From an uncultured Holophaga sp. (lineage in GTDB: Bacteria > Acidobacteriota > Holophagae > Holophagales > Holophagaceae): a stretch of DNA of 64,000 bases. The stretch lies in contig OY761614.1 of NCBI GenBank assembly GCA_963664825.1, forward strand, positions 512,001-576,000, in the 5' to 3' direction. This document shows, in pieces, positions 38,201-47,327 of this stretch. A model generated the notes under the pieces. That model had not been told where the DNA came from, did not search any database, and saw only the letters and a list, made by a program, of their open reading frames with translations. Made by a program: the position numbers and the translations under genes. Position 1 is the first letter of the stretch. Every line of letters starts with the position of its first letter.

Positions 38201-41111
38201 ATGGATCTTCCTCTGGGGAGCGGCGAGCCATCTCAAGCCTTTGTCGCGATCCGGGCTTCCCATGCCCCTAACCGTCCTCCGTGATCTCGAGGAGGCCCTG
38301 AGCATCCAGCAGAAGCGCCGACGCGTTCAGGAGATCGGATCTTCCTTGTTGCGAAAGCTGAGACCTGCTCCATGGGAGCGGTTGGACTCGATTCAGAACC
38401 AGGCGACAAGCATCCATAAGGCTTTGGGTTTGCTCCAAATCCACATGACACCAGAACCTGCCGCGGCCCTCCTCCACGTCCTCTGGCGTCTACCCGAGGA
38501 CCGGCGGCACGGCCATCGGGTGCGTTTGACCTCGAATTTAGAGGCCTTCCAGGCGCAGGAAGCCAAGCTCTTCAGCGTCCTCGGTTTGAAGTCCAATCAG
38601 GGTGAATGGAGATGGTCGGAAGCCTCCCATCTGGAACGGCTCGAAAATCGGTTGGATGTCTGGGAGGGAAGCCTCTCCGCCTTTAAGGCGTGGTGCTTCT
38701 ACCGGGAGACCGGGCGGAATCTGGAATCCATGGGCTTTTCGGGGGTGGTGGAGGCACACAGCTCAGGCACCCCTCCCAAGAACCTCCTGGACGCGACCGA
38801 ACGGGCTGTTCTCGAACGTTGGTGTGCGGCCATTCGAGACCAGGAACCTGCACTGCGTGGGTTTGAAGGCAGCCACCATCATCGAAAGATCACCCTATTC
38901 CGTGAACTTGACCAAAATTGGATTCAACTGAGTCGATCCTTTGTCACTCGCCAGCTTGAGGCCCGCCTCCCAATTCAGGGTGGAGGCGTATCCGAAAGTT
39001 CGGAGATGGGCATCCTCTTGAGAGAGATCAAGAAGAAGGCCCGCCATATGGCCATTCGAAGACTCCTTCAGGCCATTCCAACCCTGCTCTCCCGATTTAA
39101 ACCTTGCCTCTTGATGAGTCCCCTTTCCGTGGCTCAGTATCTGCCTGCAGAGGGGAAGCCCTTTGATCTCTTGGTATTTGACGAGGCCTCCCAGATCACA
39201 ACGCACGATGCTATCGGCGCACTGGCCCGAGGCAATCAGGTCATTGTGGTAGGTGACTCAAAACAGCTTCCACCCACGAGTTTCTTCGCACGCAACATGG
39301 ACGAAGAAGTCGCATTGGACGATAACGACGTCACCGAGTTGGAGAGCATTCTAGACGAGGCCACCGCCAAGCAGTTCCCCCAGCAACTCCTAGGCTGGCA
39401 TTACCGCAGCCGGCACCACGCTCTGATCGATTTCAGCAATCGGCACTACTACGACGGCCGTCTTAACGTCTTTCCTGCAGCAGCTCGAAAGGTCGACAAT
39501 CTCGGAATCGCCTGGCACCCAGTTCCAGATGGTGTGTATTTCAGCTCAGGCTGCGAACCCAGGAACTTCGAGCGCACAAACCCCGTCGAAGCGGAGCGCC
39601 TGGTGGACCACCTTGTCCAAACGCTCCGGAAAACCCCCGCTGAAACCCGGACTTTCGGGGTCGTCACCTTCTCCATGTCCCAGCAGCGTCTGATCCAGGA
39701 ACTCCTGGATGAACAGCGGGCTCGTTTCCCGGAAATCGAAACACACTTCCAGAGTGCAGAACCCGTCTTCATCAAGAACCTTGAGAATGTTCAAGGGGAT
39801 GAGCGAGATGAAATTCTCTTCAGTATTGGATATGCGAAGGATCAGAAGGGAAGGCTTCGCATGCACTTCGGCCCGTTGAGCGTCTCCGGTGGTGAGCGCC
39901 GCCTGAACGTAGCCATCACCCGGGCCAGGTGTCAGCTTAGGGTGTTCAGTACGCTCACTCACGACCAGATCGATCTGAGCCGAACGACCGCCCGAGGCGC
40001 CGAGCACCTGCGGGCCTTTCTCCAGTTTGCCGCCCAGCAGGGCTCTCCGGGGATCTCCGACCGACCTCCTGCAAGATTCGCGAGTTCTTTCGAGCAAGAG
40101 ATCGGGGCAGCGGTGGAGGCCATGGGCTTCGAAGTCCACACCCAAATCGGCTGCGGCGAATATCGCATCGATCTCGCGGTGGTAGACCCCAAGCAGGAGG
40201 GGCGCTTCATGCTTGGCATTGAATGCGATGGTCCGGCCTACCGGTCGGCACTGTCTGCAAGGGATCGGGACCGCCTCCGTCACCAAGTTTTGGAGGGACT
40301 GGGATGGCGGTTGCATCGCATCTGGTCCGCGGATTGGGTCGAAGCCCAGCCTAAAGAGATCCAACGACTGCGTGAAGCCCTGGATTCCGCCCGCCAACCG
40401 CTGCCAGCCCCGGTCATCCCTGCCTCTGTTCCTCTCCCAGCACTTTCCCCCGAATTTCCGCAGAAATCGGAAACCGTTGTCTACAATTCCGGTCAAACCC
40501 TCCAGAGGGTTTCTAAGAATGCACCCGTCTATTCAGCCACCCCCACCCTGCCCAGTGGAACGCCCTACCGGGAGGTCGTTCTCGCACCCCTGGACTCAGA
40601 GAGCCCAGAGGGTTTCTACTTGCCCGAAAGCCAGTTCATCACGCGATCTTGTGTCCTGGAGATCCTAGCAACCGAATCGCCCCTTCACAGGGATGATCTT
40701 GATGGGAAGGTCGTACGGAGCTGGGGGTGGTCCGCCCTTACGAAGCGCGGGAGGAGTCAGATGGACCTGATCCTGGCTTGGATGACCTCGATGAAGGAGC
40801 TCAGGTGCCAGGGTGACGTTGTCTGGGGGTACGAACAGGATTCCGCCGCGTTTAAGGGGTTCCGGACACCTGGCCCCTCGGGTCCCCGAGAGGCCGACCG
40901 GATTCCCCCCGAAGAAATAGCCAATGCCATGGCCGTAATCATCCAGGCCAATATCGCCCTGGAGGAAGAACCCCTTCTCAAGGAAACTGCCAGACTGCTT
41001 GGCTACCGTCGGGTCACCAGCAAGACCACCGATGCCCTCAGATCAGGCCTTCCCCTCCTGCTCCGGCAAGGTTCCTTTCTTAGAGATGGGGTCATCATCA
41101 AGCAAGCCTGA
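35202..41111 (+). CDS. DUF4011 / SF1 helicase / Vsr-like nuclease / DUF3320 multidomain protein (Hhe-like anti-phage)
   Basis: WKDRLLDLSLRNRLLNF, QGPPGTGKSQT, FDEASQ, GDSKQLPP, ENVQGDERD, RRLNVAITRAR, RIDLAV...GIECDG, RDRDRLR; codon usage unlike flanks. Confidence 0.88.
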   Translation: MSMLETAPTQKSIELVHDPVICWAAEHCGIPLIRSCRITNVTGTLLVEAIAHIQLLPDLGEALLVPLPQLAAGETFDLGRIDYRLPPGSLRQVVELERAEFQIRIMKGSETIADYRSPVEVLPCHQWPGMRMPTGLLTSFITPNQPVVSQILKRTSDRLRQVEGSAAILGYQAKNPNSVRAQVVALIQTLQSLGLSYIGIPASFERSGQKVRFPDMILRDQMANCLDMTLLAAACLEQMELRPLVIFIEGHAFPGVWLVEDRFPEGVVEDAARLRNLMALDQILVWDSSATMEQPPASFAQIQALAEKNLATDEKFGFALDVRVMRLERFLPLPLREAFQDQQPPARSAGEGMPARDELRELLAAVAREGARCEEPEIAVTAPQIVGRWQRWKDRLLDLSLRNRLLNFRPAGASALPLEVPDVSKFEDLLADNKVFELLAKPPQDSRDERDLRLLAQREDTDGWKAQRMADLNGRILHSSLTPGEFIKHAKDLETLARTDLEEGGVCTVFVAVGLLRWFEPGVLKERFAPLMLYPVQILFNRQLRRVCLQRLPEDPIPNVTLVEKMRRDFNVDLSFLASLESDDSGLDIPQMLHRCREAIQRIPRWEILEDAHLGHFTFAKFLMWKDLEDNAEVLLKNPVIRHLATDGSDVMATQPEAVSVETLETMPPGQLPCVVDADSTQLSAVASALAGRSFVLQGPPGTGKSQTIANIIACALANNRSVLFVSEKMAALEVVHARLRQAGLEDFCLELHSHKAHRKGVLESLQKVLERGSRISLKGWEARETELQQLRDELNHYTEALHRPRTIGFSLFEGSSIAYKLRHSAGLTLHRNDLGTLDGETYRNLMQEVETFAHRAEALGVWANCPWSGTDPGPWSYTAQEAVEEHLRITRQALASLRETIRSLGQDAGMELPTAPEALDALTLVIIQLDSHPIPETALDPITWAPLREDLENYQTAVKSLNHRQDALGSHWLPALLEQDLSPLQATYQQHANTFPLVRWIFLWGAASHLKPLSRSGLPMPLTVLRDLEEALSIQQKRRRVQEIGSSLLRKLRPAPWERLDSIQNQATSIHKALGLLQIHMTPEPAAALLHVLWRLPEDRRHGHRVRLTSNLEAFQAQEAKLFSVLGLKSNQGEWRWSEASHLERLENRLDVWEGSLSAFKAWCFYRETGRNLESMGFSGVVEAHSSGTPPKNLLDATERAVLERWCAAIRDQEPALRGFEGSHHHRKITLFRELDQNWIQLSRSFVTRQLEARLPIQGGGVSESSEMGILLREIKKKARHMAIRRLLQAIPTLLSRFKPCLLMSPLSVAQYLPAEGKPFDLLVFDEASQITTHDAIGALARGNQVIVVGDSKQLPPTSFFARNMDEEVALDDNDVTELESILDEATAKQFPQQLLGWHYRSRHHALIDFSNRHYYDGRLNVFPAAARKVDNLGIAWHPVPDGVYFSSGCEPRNFERTNPVEAERLVDHLVQTLRKTPAETRTFGVVTFSMSQQRLIQELLDEQRARFPEIETHFQSAEPVFIKNLENVQGDERDEILFSIGYAKDQKGRLRMHFGPLSVSGGERRLNVAITRARCQLRVFSTLTHDQIDLSRTTARGAEHLRAFLQFAAQQGSPGISDRPPARFASSFEQEIGAAVEAMGFEVHTQIGCGEYRIDLAVVDPKQEGRFMLGIECDGPAYRSALSARDRDRLRHQVLEGLGWRLHRIWSADWVEAQPKEIQRLREALDSARQPLPAPVIPASVPLPALSPEFPQKSETVVYNSGQTLQRVSKNAPVYSATPTLPSGTPYREVVLAPLDSESPEGFYLPESQFITRSCVLEILATESPLHRDDLDGKVVRSWGWSALTKRGRSQMDLILAWMTSMKELRCQGDVVWGYEQDSAAFKGFRTPGPSGPREADRIPPEEIANAMAVIIQANIALEEEPLLKETARLLGYRRVTSKTTDALRSGLPLLLRQGSFLRDGVIIKQA

Positions 41112-41302
41112 GACCCCTAGCTCTCGTTGAATTTTCGCAGGGACAGCCCTTTCTGGAGCTGGACCTCGTCGCTGGTTGTGCCGTACCTCCACCTCTAATT
41201 GTCAGGAGGCTACGCACATTGCTGATTGACGCTGGTCACTCGTGCCAGCGGGCTTCCGAGAGGAGCGCCGCTATAACATCGCGCCGGGGCAACCACCGGC
41301 GA

Positions 41303-41428
41303 GCTATCGGACAGCACGATGTGCTGTCCGATAGCCGGGAGGCTCCATCTCTGCGATCCGGCGAAGCCGGGGAGCAGGAGCCCGCATGCGGGCGATAGAT
41401 GGAGGGGCGCAGCCCCTGCCGAGGGGCC
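41303..41428. repeat. Cluster of palindromes at the right edge of the defence island
   Basis: Perfect 15-bp stem GCTATCGGACAGCAC-GAT-GTGCTGTCCGATAGC, then CCGGC-GAA-GCCGG, GCCCGC-AT-GCGGGC and GGGGC-GCA-GCCCC. Confidence 0.7.
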
Positions 41429-41442
41429 TATTTTCGTACAGT

Positions 41443-41598
41443 GAAACGCCCCGAGGCAGGGGCGTTTCGTGAGGGATGATTTGGCGGGGTTGGTTTGGTG
41501 GGAAGTTTGAGCGGGAGTCCCCGCGTGCGGGAACTGGTTTGAGAGGTGAGACAGAAGGTGGCGGGAAGCCCCCGGAGGGGCACCTCACGAACAGTCTA
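41443..41598. ncRNA. Candidate small RNA with closing stem and repeated GCGGGA/TCCCGC motifs
   Basis: TTCGTGAGG (41466) pairs with CCTCACGAA (41583); minus-strand TAGACT -10-like box just outside; adjacent GAAACGCCCC...GGGGCGTTTC hairpin. Confidence 0.35.
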
Positions 41599-41634
41599 GT
41601 CCCCGCTCCCCCCCTGCGCCAGCTTGGATTGGCC

Positions 41635-41994
41635 TCAGTGGCGGCCGTAGACATCCTCGAGGCGCTCGATATCGTTCTCGTCAAAATGACCCAGGCTGAT
41701 CTCCATCACCCGCACCGGCTGGGGCGTCTGGGACGCGCAGCTGAGGCGGTGGACGCTTCCCGCGGGCAGCCAGATCTCGGCGTTCCTGTCGGGGGTAATG
41801 AGCTTCCCGTCCAGTTCGATGATCACGCCCTCGTCCAGGGCCACCCAGAGTTCGGCGCGGTGGCGGTGTTTCTGGAGGCTCAGTTTCTGCCCGGGGGCGC
41901 AGGTGAGGATCTTCACCGTGCAGGTCTCGTTGAGCACGAACTGGTCGAAGGAGCCCCAGGGCTTGTCTACGTGGATTGTCTTTGGCTTTTCCAT
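41635..41994 (-). CDS. Stand-alone type II phosphomannose isomerase cupin domain
   Basis: KPWG, LSLQKHRHRAELW, HRL, ENDIERLEDVYGR. Confidence 0.9.
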   Translation of the reverse strand: MEKPKTIHVDKPWGSFDQFVLNETCTVKILTCAPGQKLSLQKHRHRAELWVALDEGVIIELDGKLITPDRNAEIWLPAGSVHRLSCASQTPQPVRVMEISLGHFDENDIERLEDVYGRH

Positions 41995-42023
41995 GTCGGT
42001 TCTCACTGGAAAGATTGCGTCAT

Positions 42024-42062
42024 CCCGCCGCTCGCCTTGGTTCGCGGGGGGCTCAAGGGACG
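42024..42062. repeat. REP-like palindrome, possible divergent copy 3
   Basis: CCGCTCGCCTTGGTTCGCGG core resembles the GCTCnC...TCGCG core of 8773 and 51930. Confidence 0.35.
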
Positions 42063-42069
42063 ATACGGC

Positions 42070-43140
42070 TTACAATAGATCCTTGCGGCCCATCTGCTGG
42101 AGCCGCTGGACGATATCCTTCACGCCCTGGGCCTTGTCCCGGTGGCAGATAAGGAGCGCGTCCTCCTCGTCGACCACGATGAGGTCCTTCAGGCCCGAGC
42201 CTCCGATCATGCGGCGGCCGCCGAAGATGGCGCAGTTCGTGGAATCCACCAGCACCGCATCCCCCAGCACCACGTTGCCGTTCTCGTCGGCCTCGTGGAA
42301 TTCCACCACCGCAGGCCAGGAGCCCACGTCCGACCAGCCGAAGCTGGCGGGCACCACCGCCACGTGGTGGGACTTTTCCATCAGCGCGTAGTCGATGGAG
42401 AGCTTGGGCAGCTGGGCGTAGGCCTCGCCGATCGTCTGGGGATCGGCCCCGGCGGCCACCCAAGCATCCAGAGGCGCCAGCACCTCCGGGCAATGGGCCT
42501 GGAGTTCCCGGCGCATATCCGCCAGGGTCCACACGAACATCCCCGCATTCCAGAAGTGGCGCCCCGTCTGGACGTATTCCAGGGCGGTGGCCAGGGGCGG
42601 CTTCTCCCGAAAGGCCTTCACGGCCAGGACCGGGCCCTGGCCTTGGGTCTCGATGTAGCCGTAGCCGGTCTCGGGGTAGGCGGGCCGGATGCCGAAGGTG
42701 ACCAGTTCGTGCTGGTCCCAGGCATGGCGGGCAGCCACCTCGATATCCCGGTGGAAGGCCGGATTGTCGGTGATCCAGTGATCCGCCGAGAGCACCACCA
42801 TCACGCCCTTGGGGTGGCGCGCCTCGATGACGGTCAGGGCCAAGGCCAAGCAGGGTGCCGTGTTGCGACCCTCGGGTTCGATGATGACATTCTCCGCGGG
42901 CAGCTCGGGCAGGAGCCGCCGAGTTTCCGCCGCCAGGTCCTCAGTGGTCACCACGAAGACATTGGCGGGCGCGAAATCCGGGAAGAGCCGCGATACGGTT
43001 TGGTTCAGGAGGGTGGAATCGCCCACCATGGCCAGGAACTGCTTGGGCCGATGGGTCCGAGAGCGCGGCCAGAACCGCGTCCCCCGCCCGCCCGCCATAA
43101 CGACGGCTATTTTTTCGATACCACCAACCGTATTCGACAT
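42070..43140 (-). CDS. manC: Mannose-1-phosphate guanylyltransferase
   Basis: MAGGRGTRFWPRSR...PKQF, EPEGRNTAP, ETGYGYI, SIDYALMEK, WSDVGSW. Confidence 0.95.
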   Translation of the reverse strand: MSNTVGGIEKIAVVMAGGRGTRFWPRSRTHRPKQFLAMVGDSTLLNQTVSRLFPDFAPANVFVVTTEDLAAETRRLLPELPAENVIIEPEGRNTAPCLALALTVIEARHPKGVMVVLSADHWITDNPAFHRDIEVAARHAWDQHELVTFGIRPAYPETGYGYIETQGQGPVLAVKAFREKPPLATALEYVQTGRHFWNAGMFVWTLADMRRELQAHCPEVLAPLDAWVAAGADPQTIGEAYAQLPKLSIDYALMEKSHHVAVVPASFGWSDVGSWPAVVEFHEADENGNVVLGDAVLVDSTNCAIFGGRRMIGGSGLKDLIVVDEEDALLICHRDKAQGVKDIVQRLQQMGRKDLL

Positions 43141-43158
43141 CCTTGTCCTTTCAACCCG

Positions 43159-43245
43159 TTAACGTGCGCGAAGTCTCGGCAGCGCCGCAGGCGATACCGA
43201 AATAACGACAGCTGCTTTTTCGATACCATCAATCGTATTCGACAT
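43159..43245 (-). repeat. Upstream diverged copy of manC 5' end plus hairpin, forming a 28-aa uORF
   Basis: 43202-43245 is 39/44 nt identical to 43097-43140; own AGGAG RBS; MSNTIDGIEKAAVVISVSPAALPRLRAR*. Confidence 0.9.
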
Positions 43246-43292
43246 CTGCGCCTCTCCTACCCATTCCTGCGTGCAGTCTGTGCAGCGAAGCA

Positions 43293-44273
43293 TCAGCGGG
43301 CCAGCACGGGCAGCAGACCCGTCAACAGCCCCGGCGGGGCGGGACGGGGATCATGGATCCTCGCCAGGGGAATGGGCACCAGCTCCCCGGCCTGCGCGCC
43401 CAGGTAGAGGCCCTGCTCCCCGGCCGCCAGGCGCTTGACGGCCTCGGCACCCCAGAGGCTGCCCCAGATGCGGTCGGTGGCCGTGGGGCTACCACCCCGC
43501 TGGATGTGCCCGAGCACCACCACCCGCATATCCAGTGCGTAGTCCTGGCGCAAACGCTCGCCCACGACATAGGCGTTCCCCAGCTGCTGATCGCCTTCGG
43601 CGACCACCACGATGCTGCTGCGCTTGCCGCGTTCCCAACCCGCCTTCAGCTGGGCCACCAGATCCTCGTAGGTATCCCTGGCGGCTTCGGGGTAGATCAC
43701 GGCTTCTGCGCCACAGGCGATGGCCGTATGCACGGCAATCATGCCGGAGCTCCGGCCCATGACCTCCACCAGGAAAAGCCGCTCGTGGGAACTGGCGGTA
43801 TCCCGGATGCGGTCCACGGCGCCGACGGCCGTATTGAGGGCCGTATCGAAGCCTAGGGTGAGTTCCGTGCCGGGCAAATCGTTATCGATGGTGCCGGGGA
43901 TGCCGACGCAGGGCACCTCCTGTTCCACATTCAGCAGCTCGGCGCCCGTGAAACTGCCATCCCCGCCGATGATGACCAAGGCATCGATCCCCGCAGCCCG
44001 GAGATCCCGAGTCGCCTGGGCCCGGACGGCCTTCACCCGGAAGGCGTCACAGCGGGCCGTATTGAGGATGGTGCCCCCCCGCTGGAGGATATTGGCGCAG
44101 CTGCGGCTGGAGAGGGGCCGCCAATCCTGGTCCACCAGCCCCTGGAAACCGCGATAGATGCCGTAGACCTCGATACCGAGAAAACTGGCCTGCCTCACAG
44201 CGGCGCGGATCGCGGCGTTCATCCCCGGAGCATCGCCCCCGGAAGTCAGGACGCCGATGCGCTTCAGTGTCAT
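43293..44273 (-). CDS. pfkA: ATP-dependent 6-phosphofructokinase
   Basis: TSGGDAPGMNAA, IGGDGS, PGTIDND, EVMGR, LGHIQRGG. Confidence 0.96.
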   Translation of the reverse strand: MTLKRIGVLTSGGDAPGMNAAIRAAVRQASFLGIEVYGIYRGFQGLVDQDWRPLSSRSCANILQRGGTILNTARCDAFRVKAVRAQATRDLRAAGIDALVIIGGDGSFTGAELLNVEQEVPCVGIPGTIDNDLPGTELTLGFDTALNTAVGAVDRIRDTASSHERLFLVEVMGRSSGMIAVHTAIACGAEAVIYPEAARDTYEDLVAQLKAGWERGKRSSIVVVAEGDQQLGNAYVVGERLRQDYALDMRVVVLGHIQRGGSPTATDRIWGSLWGAEAVKRLAAGEQGLYLGAQAGELVPIPLARIHDPRPAPPGLLTGLLPVLAR

Positions 44274-44692
44274 TTCTTCCTCGCGGCGGATTTCTTGGGG
44301 TGGTGGGCCTTCCCCTTCTTGACGATCACTTTGGATTCCTTGGTGGCCTTGGGTTCCTTGGACCCTTTAGTGGCCTTGGATCCCTTGGTCGCCTCCCCCT
44401 TGGCGGCAAGGGCCCTGCCCTTCCGCCCCTTCTTCGCCACAAGGGCCTTCCCCTTCCGCCCCTTCTTCACGCTCTTCTTGGCGCGGTAGCCCGGCGTGTC
44501 CTTGATGTGCAGTTCGGGCGGGGGGAGGGGCGGAGGTTCCATCACGGTGCGAGGGACAGCCGGGAGATCCTGTTCGCCGCCGGCTTGGGCGCGCTGAGCC
44601 TTGATCTTCATCACGGGGTCTTCGGGGAGCTGTTGGGCCACGAGCAGACCAAGGGTCATCGCGACAATTCCCAGCAGGCGTGGATAGATCAT
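44270..44692 (-). CDS. Exported Pro/Lys-rich low-complexity protein
   Basis: Signal-peptide-like N-terminus, PPPLPPP, KKGRKG and KATKGS/KATKES repeats; stop overlaps pfkA start. Confidence 0.65.
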   Translation of the reverse strand: MIYPRLLGIVAMTLGLLVAQQLPEDPVMKIKAQRAQAGGEQDLPAVPRTVMEPPPLPPPELHIKDTPGYRAKKSVKKGRKGKALVAKKGRKGRALAAKGEATKGSKATKGSKEPKATKESKVIVKKGKAHHPKKSAARKK

Positions 44693-44756
44693 TGCGTGAC
44701 TCCAGCAAGTGTTCCAGCAACAGAGCCAGGATACCTCACTGGCACTTCTGATGAAC

Positions 44757-45272
44757 TCAGGAGCCCTTCGCCTGCTTCTGGATCCGCAGCTTGGCGAAGA
44801 ATTCCGCCACCACGGCATCCGCATCATCCTTGGATTGATCGGCGGCCTGCCCTTCCCGTTCCAGGATATCCCGGCCCGAAGGCGCGTGTTTGGTGGCTTC
44901 TTCCTGGGGAGACAGATTCGCCTGGATGTACTCGGAGACGTCGATGAGCCGGTGGCCTACCTTTTCCAGCTTCTGGCGGACGATATCCTGGTATTGGAAG
45001 AGATCGAAAACCCCCGAGACGTTGTACATGCCATTGTCCGCATGGAGGCCGATATCCTCGATCTTGGCCAGGAGGCTATCCCGTTCTTCGCTGGGGGGCA
45101 CGAGCCGAGCCAGGATTTCGCTGCATTCCTTAGCCAAAATCTGGATTTCCTCGAAGCTGGACTGGACGACCTCGATCTGGGAAATGACGCGCTCGGCCCC
45201 ACCCTCTTGCTCCTGGGCGATCTGCACCAACTGGTCAGGAATGGGCTGGTCCCTTTTCCCCTTGTCTGACAT
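44757..45272 (-). CDS. CheZ-like chemotaxis phosphatase
   Basis: Helical protein with FQYQDIVRQKLEKV (DxxxQ) and C-terminal DDADAVVAEFF. Confidence 0.65.
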   Translation of the reverse strand: MSDKGKRDQPIPDQLVQIAQEQEGGAERVISQIEVVQSSFEEIQILAKECSEILARLVPPSEERDSLLAKIEDIGLHADNGMYNVSGVFDLFQYQDIVRQKLEKVGHRLIDVSEYIQANLSPQEEATKHAPSGRDILEREGQAADQSKDDADAVVAEFFAKLRIQKQAKGS

Positions 45273-45326
45273 CCATCACCTCCGGCCATGCTGAGTGCCT
45301 TCAAGATATCGTCCAGAAGGGCCTGA

Positions 45327-47246
<1,920 letters not shown>

Positions 47247-47270
47247 TTCCCTCCTCGCCTTAGATCGTGC

Positions 47271-47327
47271 ATCTGGAATGTTCACTTCGCCGCCTAGGAG
47301 CGGCGGAGTGAATGCAGCATCCAGATT
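47271..47327. terminator. Long imperfect inverted repeat between convergent genes
   Basis: ATCTGG...TTCACTTCGCCGC-CTAGGA-GCGGCGGAGTGAA...CCAGAT. Confidence 0.5.

Noticed and set aside
41635..43140. Frameshifted bifunctional manC pseudogene
   Set aside because: Both parts have intact ends, their own starts and a ~75-nt gap; separate GMP and PMI-cupin genes are a known arrangement.
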